DNA from: an uncultured Candidatus Binatia bacterium
GTDB taxonomy: Bacteria > Desulfobacterota > Binatia > UBA9968 > JAJDTQ01
Length of the DNA: 64,000 nucleotides
Direction of reading: 5' to 3'
Assembly: GCA_965242525.1 (NCBI GenBank)
Contig: OZ251459.1
Location: 3,648,001 to 3,712,000, forward strand
In this document: positions 9,851-17,838 of the stretch, piece by piece
Numbering within the stretch: position 1 is the stretch's first letter
Layout of the letters: each line of letters begins with the position of its first letter
Notes under the pieces: model-generated
Seen by the model: only the letters and a program-made list of their open reading frames with translations
What the model was told of the DNA's origin: nothing
Databases searched by the model: none
Position numbers and translations under genes: made by a program

Positions 9851-10996
9851 TCAGAAGGGGCACGGCGCCTGGTGCTCCAGGCGGACCTCCCGCCGTTCCC
9901 TGGACGAGCGCAGCATGGCCAGGCAGACCTCCAGGGTCGCCTTGCCCCAGGTCCCGTCCGGGAACACCGGCCGTTCCTCCACCAGGGCCGCGCGAAGCTC
10001 CATGAGCTCCGCGGCCCGGCCGTGGCGCGGCCCGCAGGGCGCCTGCTCCCGGCCCTCCTGGGTATAGACGTAGAGTCCGTCCGGGGACTGGCGTATGACC
10101 CCGCGTTCGCAACTCACGATGGTCAGGCCGAAGAAGGGCTGGCTCATCCGGTCCCCGGACCGGGCCCTCTTTGCGGCGAGTCGATATTTTTCCCCGGGGT
10201 CCATGGCGCCGGCCAGCCGTTCCCCCCGCGCCTTCCGCTCCATCCGATACCCGCCTTCGCCGATGTCCCAGGTGAGCTCGGTCACGTCGAAATAGCCATA
10301 GCCGTTGAAACTCATACTGGCAACGGCGCCGTCCTCGAACTCCAGCATGGCCGCGAAGTTCCCTTCGGTGTCGAAGTTCGGGTCCCACCGCCCGGTGACC
10401 GCGCGCACGCTCCGTACCATGCCCCCGCCCAGGCACCGGACGATGTCGGTCTGGTGGGGGCCCTGGCGGTACACCAGTCCGCCGCCCTTGTCCGTGTCCA
10501 CCTCGGAAGCGATCCGCGGCCGCTGGAGCCAGTCGTTGTAGTTCATGGTCTGGATGTGGATGACGCGCCCCAACCGACCCGAACTCACGATCTCGCGCAT
10601 GCGGCGCACCGGCGGGTCATAGACCTTGGAGTGGCCCTGGAGTAGCTTGACCCCGTTCCGCGCAGCCGCGGCCACCATGCGGTCCGCCTCCTCCAGCGAC
10701 ACCGCCATGGGCTTCTCGGTGATGACGTGCTTGCCGTGCTCCGCGGCCACCACCGTATGCTCCGCATGGAGCACGTTGGGAGTCGCCACCCACACCGCGT
10801 CCACCGCCTCCGACCGGCACATGTCCGCCACGTTGTCGAAGGTCTCCGCCCCATGCCTCCCGGCGAACTCTTCGAGCGCTTCGGGGCGGATGTCCGCCCC
10901 CGCGGCAAGCTCCACCCCCGGCGCCTTGTGGACCACCGAAAGCACCTGCCGCGCCGCGGCTCCGAGTCCGGCAATGCCGAGCCTGAGACGTTCCAA
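9851..10996 (-). CDS. Gfo/Idh/MocA oxidoreductase (phthalate cis-dihydrodiol dehydrogenase-like)
   Basis: GIAGLGAAA, ITEKPMA, YNDWLQRPR, GGGLVYRQGPHQTD; TTG start with GGAGG. Confidence 0.88.
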   Translation of the reverse strand: MERLRLGIAGLGAAARQVLSVVHKAPGVELAAGADIRPEALEEFAGRHGAETFDNVADMCRSEAVDAVWVATPNVLHAEHTVVAAEHGKHVITEKPMAVSLEEADRMVAAAARNGVKLLQGHSKVYDPPVRRMREIVSSGRLGRVIHIQTMNYNDWLQRPRIASEVDTDKGGGLVYRQGPHQTDIVRCLGGGMVRSVRAVTGRWDPNFDTEGNFAAMLEFEDGAVASMSFNGYGYFDVTELTWDIGEGGYRMERKARGERLAGAMDPGEKYRLAAKRARSGDRMSQPFFGLTIVSCERGVIRQSPDGLYVYTQEGREQAPCGPRHGRAAELMELRAALVEERPVFPDGTWGKATLEVCLAMLRSSRERREVRLEHQAPCPF

Positions 10997-11067
10997 CCGA
11001 GACCTCCGAAAACACCCTGGCCAACCGCCTTTAAGCAGAGGGGTTTCGGGCTGTCAAGATTACCCGT

Positions 11068-11085
11068 ACGAAAGCCGGAAGAGCC
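11068..11085 (-). repeat. Isolated ISL3-like end (family B)
   Basis: Exact 18-bp reverse complement of 2175-2192 (GGCTCTTCCGGCTTTCGT). Confidence 0.55.
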
Positions 11086-11098
11086 GTCCTGCTTCAAC

Positions 11099-11329
11099 CT
11101 ATCCGCTGCTCGAAGTTGCAAGTTCCCGCAGCATCTTCTCACGGATTCCCAGGATCGAGATTCCGACGACTTCCCCGCGCGCCTCGTCGTATCGGACAAC
11201 GATACCCTCTCCAATATCGACGCCTACAGCGGGTTTCGGCGTATCGACAGAGATGTAGAGGACATCCGCCTCCCCATCGTAATCCCAATCCAGATTGCGC
11301 TTGCTTTCGAGGATTCTCAACGCTTCCAT
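11099..11329 (-). CDS. DUF2283 domain protein (putative antitoxin)
   Basis: WDYDGEADVLYIS...EGIVVRYD...EVVGISILG. Confidence 0.85.
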   Translation of the reverse strand: MEALRILESKRNLDWDYDGEADVLYISVDTPKPAVGVDIGEGIVVRYDEARGEVVGISILGIREKMLRELATSSSG

Positions 11330-11393
11330 AGGGTTCCGGTCGCATTCCTTTCACTCTTGCGTTGCCACAGCAAAGTTGGAAGATGCCTTTCGT

Positions 11394-12545
11394 TCATCCG
11401 AAGAAACTCAACTGCTGCACATCTATGGGATTCGTCCTGGGCAGGGCCACCTCTCCAACGGTTAGTCCAGATTCAAGCAAGGTGCGAACTTCCGCAATGT
11501 CGGCCGCCACCTTGACTTCTGTGCCTTCTTTCGCTGGAGTGAGCAAAAGGACTTCACGGCCATCGATGCCCTGTTCCATCAGGAGAGCTTCACTGTGTGT
11601 ACTGACGAGGATCTGGCGACGGCGATTGCGCTGCATTCGGGAGATGAGAGCCGCAAGCTGCGAAACAATGGCCGCGTTCAGCGAAAGCTCCGGTTCCTCC
11701 AGCAACAGCAGCGAATCGCCCTCCAGTAGAGACCACAGAAACCCGATCAGCCGAAGGGTGCCGTCGGAAAACTGACCTTCCCTCTGCCAACCTGCCTTCG
11801 GACGCCAATGAGAGTACAGCGCCTGCAGATGCGGACGCCCTGTAGCCGAATCCCGGGTGAATTGGAGTTGTTCGAACTGCAGCACAGCGATTTTCAGCGC
11901 CTTTTCGATCTTGGACAGACGGGATCGGCGGGTTTTCTCGCTCGTTTTCGCCAAACGCTCCAGAAGCCCCTGTCCGAAAGGGTCGTCTTCGACAATACGG
12001 CCTTGTATGGAATCGGCAAAGCGAAGGAGTTGAGGAACCACGTGCAGATAGGTGATCGACTGGAAGAACCGCACAACGTCCCGGAACTCCCCATTGGAGT
12101 TTATCTGTTCCAAGAAAGTCTGGCTGAGTCGGTTCGGGTCCCTTTCGTCATCTTGATTTGGCCTGTCAAGCAGTTGTCGGCCTTCCTTCCACACCCGTTC
12201 ATGGGTGAGGTACGGGAGGCGGGCCCCTCGTGTTTCGTGGCGAAAACCAAGAGCATAGCGCCACAACGGATCCTCGCCCGAGTTGTTGGCAAGGTGGACT
12301 TCCATTGCGATTTCCGGGCGTCGCGCCGTCAGGCTCCGAATCTTCGACACGCCCCCCCGATCCTTGACCGCCTTCTGAAGCCCTCCCCCCTCGGACTTGG
12401 CGATGTCCCGGAGGAAACGGAATACGTCCAGCAGGTTCGACTTGCCCGAAGCGTTGGCTCCAACAATGAACTGGCGCTTGCGGAGATCGACATCCACTGC
12501 TTGGAAATTGCGCCAGTTCTTGACCCATATTCGGCTGACGATCAT
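11394..12545 (-). CDS. AAA_21/ABC-type (SMC-head-like) ATPase
   Basis: IWVKNWRNF, GANASGKSN, FSDGTLR signature, LLLEEPE, VSTHS. Confidence 0.9.
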   Translation of the reverse strand: MIVSRIWVKNWRNFQAVDVDLRKRQFIVGANASGKSNLLDVFRFLRDIAKSEGGGLQKAVKDRGGVSKIRSLTARRPEIAMEVHLANNSGEDPLWRYALGFRHETRGARLPYLTHERVWKEGRQLLDRPNQDDERDPNRLSQTFLEQINSNGEFRDVVRFFQSITYLHVVPQLLRFADSIQGRIVEDDPFGQGLLERLAKTSEKTRRSRLSKIEKALKIAVLQFEQLQFTRDSATGRPHLQALYSHWRPKAGWQREGQFSDGTLRLIGFLWSLLEGDSLLLLEEPELSLNAAIVSQLAALISRMQRNRRRQILVSTHSEALLMEQGIDGREVLLLTPAKEGTEVKVAADIAEVRTLLESGLTVGEVALPRTNPIDVQQLSFFG

Positions 12546-12680
12546 GTCTGGTATCCTATCATTGGTACGACCAGGCCAAGGATTCGATCCTGACGGCGCC
12601 GTTATCCACCATGTCTATTTCCAGGTGATGCCCCTTGAGTAATCCCAGCGTGTGACGGGAAAATGTAGTGGGGTGGGCGG

Positions 12681-13610
12681 TCAAGGCCGCGCCGGTTCGC
12701 GGAAGACCTCCGTCTGATGCCATTTTACGAATTCGGGTTCGGGATCATGGCGGCGGTTTTGAGGGGTCCGGAGCGGTTTGTCGTGGAAGTCGAGGAACCA
12801 ATGGACCGGATAACTGCGGCCATTGACGTCGCTGGAAACGACGATCCGATAGCCTGAATCGCCCGCCTTCAGCCCCACGGCTCCCCGGTCGAAGGCCTTG
12901 TGGTGAAGCCCGCACAACGCCAATCCATTGGTGATTTCGTCCGGACCGCCAGCCGCATGCCACTTGATGTGAGCGGCTTCGAGACCGATCAGTTCGTTTC
13001 CGAGACGCACGTCGAAGTCGCAGATGGCGCAACGTTGCTCATATTCACGCAGGACTTCGACCCGGAAGGCCCGGTCACGCGGGCGAGCGGGACTGTCCCG
13101 CATTTCCCAAGAGTACGGAATACCGGTGACGTCACGGATCTCTTGATGCAGAGACTCGGGGAAGTGGCTGTCCAGGAGTCGCTGCGCGGCTTCGCGTGCG
13201 AGGTCCGGCCGTTGACGCAGAAGATCATACACCGGCTCAGGGAATCCGCCTTCCACGCCGCCCTTGTGCAGCTCCCGGACGAGAAGGTCTCCTCTGGCCG
13301 TGCGGGACAATTCCTCGCTGCTGGCAATCTCCCATAGCCCATCGGCGGGCAGACGACCGAACGGACGCTCCGGTTGCGGGCGTGTCCCCGGGCGCGTCTC
13401 GCGAGGCCGACCAAACCGTTGCAGCAGCTTCGTCAGCATCTCCTCGATCTCCCGATAGGGAGCGAAGCGTTCCCGTTCGTTGAGGAACCGACCGAGCGCC
13501 AGCAGGAGAAGCAGCGGCTTGTGCGGCGCGCGCTGCCCACGCTTCTTCCAGACGTTGATCCGCTCGATCCTCTCGAGGAAGTCGCTGCGCGTCGTGGGTA
13601 CAGGGGCCAT
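12681..13610 (-). CDS. HNH endonuclease with N-terminal sulfur-binding-domain (SBD)-like region (phosphorothioated-DNA restriction endonuclease family)
   Basis: RAPHKPLLLLLAL...PFGRL...DGLWE N-domain; CAICD...EAAHIKWH...NGLALCGLHHKAFDRG HNH. Confidence 0.8.
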   Translation of the reverse strand: MAPVPTTRSDFLERIERINVWKKRGQRAPHKPLLLLLALGRFLNERERFAPYREIEEMLTKLLQRFGRPRETRPGTRPQPERPFGRLPADGLWEIASSEELSRTARGDLLVRELHKGGVEGGFPEPVYDLLRQRPDLAREAAQRLLDSHFPESLHQEIRDVTGIPYSWEMRDSPARPRDRAFRVEVLREYEQRCAICDFDVRLGNELIGLEAAHIKWHAAGGPDEITNGLALCGLHHKAFDRGAVGLKAGDSGYRIVVSSDVNGRSYPVHWFLDFHDKPLRTPQNRRHDPEPEFVKWHQTEVFREPARP

Positions 13611-13668
13611 GAGCTGGTCTTGGAGCGCCTTTCACTGACCAAGGCGCACCGCGCCGCTCTCGAGGGCG

Positions 13669-14391
13669 TCAACGACCGGCAACGCCATTCCCGAGACTCT
13701 CCGAGACGTGGGTTCGTAGCCGGGGCTCGATGTGTTCCTTGCCGACACCCTGCATGGAGGCGTGGAAACGCTCGTCGCCGACAAGCCTGAAGAACCTGGA
13801 CCCGAGACGACCGGTCGCGCCGTAGAGGCCCAACCGTTCGATGCCGGATGCCAGGATCGAAGCCCTGGCTGCCTGCGTGAGCCTGCCAAGTTCCTCGACA
13901 TTCTCCTCGGCTACCGAGCCAAGGAAAACGTAACGTTTTCGGATTATCGGACGCATGCCCAGGATTTCGTCTATGCACGCTTCCACAGATCGCCCCGATC
14001 GTTCCCGGAGCTGTACGACTTGCTGAACTTCGCTGCTGTTGAGTCCGTGCGAGAGGATGGCCCGAGCGACGACGCGTTGTTCTTCGGCGTCTCGAACCCT
14101 CGCTAACTCTACAGCGGACGTGAAGCCAATAAAATGCTTTCCGGCGCCCCAACCGACTAGCCGCTGAAGGTCGTCGGGTAAGTCGAGAATGCGCAACAGA
14201 CGGCGGATGTGTCCAGTCCCGTTGAGGTGAATGGCCTTAGCGCAATCTTGCAGGGAAACACCTTCCTCACGAGCCTTACGAATAAGCGAGCCTACCGCTA
14301 TCGGTGATAGCGGCCGGCCTTTCTTGTGCGTCCCGTAACCAACGGACATTCGCAGATTCCCAAGCTCCAGAGCGTTCAACCCGGCGAGCAT
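13669..14391 (-). CDS. Hypothetical protein with ParB/KorB-like helix-turn-helix
   Basis: LSPIAVG...GVSLQDCAKAIHL...HIRRLLRILDLPDDLQRLV...IGFTSAVELAR resembles the ParB HTH; start chosen at MLAGLN. Confidence 0.6.
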   Translation of the reverse strand: MLAGLNALELGNLRMSVGYGTHKKGRPLSPIAVGSLIRKAREEGVSLQDCAKAIHLNGTGHIRRLLRILDLPDDLQRLVGWGAGKHFIGFTSAVELARVRDAEEQRVVARAILSHGLNSSEVQQVVQLRERSGRSVEACIDEILGMRPIIRKRYVFLGSVAEENVEELGRLTQAARASILASGIERLGLYGATGRLGSRFFRLVGDERFHASMQGVGKEHIEPRLRTHVSESLGNGVAGR

Positions 14392-14455
14392 TCGTTCTAC
14401 TTTCCAAGGAAACACAAGATTTCCGAGACGAGATACACGTGGGAAGCAACCTTCG

Positions 14456-15652
14456 TCATGCCGCGACTCCGGTCTCCTCCGGTTCTTCGACCCCGGAGAA
14501 ACTCCGTTCGAGCGCCTGCCGTGCATCCTCGCGGATTTCGTCCCGCCACCAGACGTCTTCAATGGAGTCGATTTCCGCGGGCAGGATCAACGATTCTCCA
14601 ATCCGCCGTTCCAAAGTGCGGAGTCTTTCGAGTATCTCGCGCCGTACCGCCAAGGTGAAGGGGCCGAACACGAGGGACCCGTCGTCCCTTTGCTTCGGGT
14701 TCCCGTCTCTCCGAACCGGCAGGCGGTTGGCGTTGTCTTCCCGCAGTGCGATCAGCCACTCCCGGAAGTCGAACAGGGCCTCCATCTTCTCGGCTTCGGA
14801 GTGCCCGGAGTCGATCAGGCCGCGCAGGCTGCGGTCCTTCTTCACCACCGTGCAGGTCCAGCACCCGAAGCGGGGCGAAGTGCTGCCGCACGAAGGCGCC
14901 TGCTCCTTCGTCATCACCAGTGGGCATTCTCCGCCGCCCGCATTGCGGTAGAGCGTGATGAGGCGGCGGTGGGTCCCGCCCCACGGGGGTCTGCGCTGCA
15001 TGAGCGTCATCCAGACGTCATCGTCGTCCAGATCCGCGAGCGGAGCGAACATCCGGCAGCCGTCCACCGAACCGTGCGGGTTCATCCGATCCGCGGCCAC
15101 CTTGCGCCGGTCCATGGTCCGCTGCCGGTTCTGGGATTCGGCGCGCCGCGTGCCCACGAGGAGAACGGAGTGCTTGGTATCTCGCGTGATCCGTTCCAGG
15201 AGCTTGGTCGTGGGCAGGATCTTCATCCTGTCCGTGCACCACCGGAAGTTCCTCGTGGGCGGGATGTAGCCGCGTCCGATGACACAGACCCAGAAGGTCT
15301 GGTCGATGCAGGGTTCGGTGACGTGCGTCTCAATGGGAAGCTCTCCCTTTTCCGCGGCCTTGTCGATCATCTTCAGCGAGTCCCTGAGATGCCGGATGAC
15401 CAGGGGCGACTCCACCAAGGTGTCGTTCCCGACGACGTGCACTGGACGACGCTTTCGCTCTTCGGCGGGCAACTCCGCGACGGTCTCCCAGACCAACTGA
15501 AGCAGCAGGGTGGAGTCCTTCCCGCCGGAGTAGGCGACGACCCACGGGTGGCGGTGCCGCTTGCCGTACTCCTTCCGAAGCACGCGCCGGACGGCTTCGA
15601 GGCGACCCGGCAAGGTCGCGATGGCGTTGCTCGAACCTGCGGATGCGGTCAT
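14456..15652 (-). CDS. dndC: DNA phosphorothioation sulfurtransferase DndC
   Basis: PWVVAYSGGKDS, DTLVESP, FWVCVIGRGY, FRWCTDRMKI, LYRNAGGGECP, RFGCWTCTVV. Confidence 0.93.
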   Translation of the reverse strand: MTASAGSSNAIATLPGRLEAVRRVLRKEYGKRHRHPWVVAYSGGKDSTLLLQLVWETVAELPAEERKRRPVHVVGNDTLVESPLVIRHLRDSLKMIDKAAEKGELPIETHVTEPCIDQTFWVCVIGRGYIPPTRNFRWCTDRMKILPTTKLLERITRDTKHSVLLVGTRRAESQNRQRTMDRRKVAADRMNPHGSVDGCRMFAPLADLDDDDVWMTLMQRRPPWGGTHRRLITLYRNAGGGECPLVMTKEQAPSCGSTSPRFGCWTCTVVKKDRSLRGLIDSGHSEAEKMEALFDFREWLIALREDNANRLPVRRDGNPKQRDDGSLVFGPFTLAVRREILERLRTLERRIGESLILPAEIDSIEDVWWRDEIREDARQALERSFSGVEEPEETGVAA

Positions 15653-16878
15653 CGTCCGATCCTCCTTAGGGCCGTCACCGTTTCCCGGACCGACCGTCCC
15701 GCGCGGTCGATCTCCCTGGCCGTCGTGAAGCGGCCAAAGCTGAACCGCACCGAGGACAGGGCCCGGTCCGTGTCGTAGCCGAGGGCGAGCAGCACGTGCG
15801 ACGGTTCGATGTCGGCCGAGGTGCAGGCGGAGCCCGACGAAACGGCGACGACGCCGAGGGCAACCATCAGCGCTTCCGCTTCGACGCCGGCAAAGGAGAC
15901 GCTGAGGATCCCGGGAACACGGTGCTGTGCGTTACCGTTGATTTCGACCTCCTCGACCCGGTCCAGGTGGGCGCGGAACCGGCGGTCCAGCGCTCGGACG
16001 TGCTTCGCGTCGGTCGTGCGGCGCTGCCGCACGAGGCGGGCTGCGTGGCCCATGCCCGCGATCTGGTGCGTGGGAAGCGTGCCCGAGCGCAGCCCGAACT
16101 CCTGCCCGCCCCCGTGAACTTGGGGAACCAACTCGGCGCGGAGGCGCCCGCGGACACGGAGCGCGCCGACCCCCTTCGGGCCGTACATCTTGTGCCCGCT
16201 GATAGAGATCATATCGGCAGCCGCGAGGGTTTCCATAGGGAGCCGCGCCGCACCCTGTACCGCGTCCACGTGGAGCAACGCCCCGTGCTGGTGGACGAGG
16301 GGCTCCAGGGCCGCAATGTCCGTGACGGTCCCGGTCTCGTTGTTCACGTGCATCAACGACACCAGGATGGTGCCCGGCCGCAACGCTTTCGAGAGGTTTT
16401 CCGGGGTGATCCTCCCGGTATCGTCAGGCTTGACACGGGACGCAGCGAACCCCTGCGTCTCCAGCCAGGCGGTCGAGTCCAGGACGGCCCGGTGTTCCAG
16501 CGCGGACGTGACTACGTGGTCGCCCCGGTCCCGGCGGGCGAGCGCGGCGCCCTTCAGGGCCAGGTTGATGGCTTCCGTCGCGCCGGAAGTCCAGACGACC
16601 TCCTCGGGTTGCGAGGACAGCAGCGCCGCGACCTCCCCCCGGGCGCTCTCGACCGCTTCCGACGCCGCATGGCCGAAGGCATGGGTCACCGACGCGGGGT
16701 TCCCGAAAGCCCCGTCCACCGTGAGGAAATCGCTCATGGTGCGGGCCACCGCAGGGTCCACGGGCGTGGTCGCCGCGTAATCGAGATAGATGGCGTCCCG
16801 GTCCGCAGGCTCCGCGGCCGGACCGGAAACGGCACAGGATGTTGATGAGTCGGCCTGCTGGAGAGGCATGTGGGTCAC
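15649..16878 (-). CDS. dndA: Cysteine desulfurase DndA/IscS
   Basis: YLDYAATTP, SGHKMYGPKG (PLP Lys), SSGSACTS (catalytic Cys); ATGA overlap with dndC. Confidence 0.88.
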   Translation of the reverse strand: MTHMPLQQADSSTSCAVSGPAAEPADRDAIYLDYAATTPVDPAVARTMSDFLTVDGAFGNPASVTHAFGHAASEAVESARGEVAALLSSQPEEVVWTSGATEAINLALKGAALARRDRGDHVVTSALEHRAVLDSTAWLETQGFAASRVKPDDTGRITPENLSKALRPGTILVSLMHVNNETGTVTDIAALEPLVHQHGALLHVDAVQGAARLPMETLAAADMISISGHKMYGPKGVGALRVRGRLRAELVPQVHGGGQEFGLRSGTLPTHQIAGMGHAARLVRQRRTTDAKHVRALDRRFRAHLDRVEEVEINGNAQHRVPGILSVSFAGVEAEALMVALGVVAVSSGSACTSADIEPSHVLLALGYDTDRALSSVRFSFGRFTTAREIDRAGRSVRETVTALRRIGR

Positions 16879-16909
16879 CGGGGTCTCCCTCGGGAGGCGG
16901 CCTGAGACA

Positions 16910-16918
16910 ATTGTACCA
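16910..16918 (-). promoter_or_regulatory. Extended -10 element upstream of dndA
   Basis: TGGTACAAT (TGn-TACAAT) on minus strand, ~30 nt upstream of the GTG start. Confidence 0.45.
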
Positions 16919-16920
16919 CC

Positions 16921-17152
16921 CTAGCACGGTCCGGGCCACCCGCGTCAACCGGCCCCCGGTAGCGCCCCATTCCCTGTGGACCGACGCTGCCGGAACGGCG
17001 TTGCTTGAAAACGGATCGGTTTTCGTTCAGGGTCCAACCGTGGGAGTTTGCCGGGAACGTCGCCTGCGCCGCGTGGGGCGGCGCAGGCGCGGCGGCTTCG
17101 TTGGGACGTTTCTCGTCCGCGGCATCACCGAGCCTGGAAACCTGCTCCCGTC
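16921..17152 (+). pseudogene. Internally deleted duplicate of the promoter and gene of the DUF4143 ATPase (18557-19251)
   Basis: Translates VGVCRERRLRRV/GRRRRGGFVGTFLVRGITEPGNLLPS versus MEVRRERHLRRV...SRRWRDSFVRTFLTRDLPELGNLVPS; upstream DNA is also similar. Confidence 0.8.
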
Positions 17153-17164
17153 ATGGAGGGTCCC

Positions 17165-17659
17165 ATGTACACAAGGGCTTCGAAGATCGCCCTCGTCTGG
17201 GCGGTTGCGTTCTTCTCCACGCTGGTGGTGTGCAACAACGTCACCGATTACGACTCCAACTACCAGTTCGTCGTGCACGTGCTCAAGATGGATACGACCT
17301 TCCCCGACAACCGGGGGATGTGGCGGGCCCTGGATTCCCCCTTCGTCCACCACGCGCTGTATGGCCTCATCATCCTGGTGGAGGCGGTGGTCGCGGTCCT
17401 GTGCTGGCTGGGAGGCTGGCGTCTCTTCCGCTCCGTCCGTGACCCCGCGGATTTCAACCGGGCCAAGGGCATCGCCATCCTCGGTCTGACCCTGGGGATC
17501 CTCCTGTGGTTCTCCGGGTTCATCACCATCGGCGGGGAATGGTTCCTGATGTGGCAATCGGACGTATGGAACGGACAGCAGGCCGCCTTCCGCCTGGTGG
17601 TGGTCCTGGGCCTCACGCTCCTGTACCTCGTGCAACCCGACCACGAGAACCACGCCTGA
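17165..17659 (+). CDS. DUF2165 family membrane protein
   Basis: NNVTDYDSNYQFVVHVLKMDTTF, GGEWFLMWQS..WNGQQAAFR; GGAGG SD. Confidence 0.9.
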   Translation: MYTRASKIALVWAVAFFSTLVVCNNVTDYDSNYQFVVHVLKMDTTFPDNRGMWRALDSPFVHHALYGLIILVEAVVAVLCWLGGWRLFRSVRDPADFNRAKGIAILGLTLGILLWFSGFITIGGEWFLMWQSDVWNGQQAAFRLVVVLGLTLLYLVQPDHENHA

Positions 17660-17681
17660 CCGTCGAGGCAGTTGCCGGAAG

Positions 17682-17838
17682 GCGTCCTTCGACTTTGCTT
17701 CGCTACGCTCAGGATGAACGGGGGGACTTCGCTTCGCTACGCTCAGGACGAACGGAGGGATTTCACTTCGCCATGCTCGGGACGAACGGGGGACTTCGCT
17801 TTGCCATGCTCAGGACGAACGGGGATAATTGTTCAGAG
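17682..17838 (+). repeat. MITE family A with four tandem ~34-bp copies of the REP core
   Basis: Head-to-tail ACTTCRCTTYGCYAYGCTCRGGAYGAACGG units ending in ATAATTGTTCAGAG. Confidence 0.8.

Noticed and set aside
2175-11085. 8.9-kb composite transposon bounded by exact 18-bp inverted repeats
   Set aside because: No target duplication (TTACTGGT versus GTCCTGCT), no transposase, and the left end already pairs with 2371-2393.
11394-12545. Calling the ATPase dndD
   Set aside because: It is only 383 aa, lacks the long coiled coil of DndD, and has an SDGT/EEPE signature typical of AAA_21 ATPases. Functional substitution remains a hypothesis only.
17682-17838. Tandem ~34-bp repeats (also 19916-20036 and 28045-28190) as CRISPR arrays
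   Set aside because: Units are head-to-tail with no unique spacers, they match the dispersed REP core, and there are no cas genes in the window.
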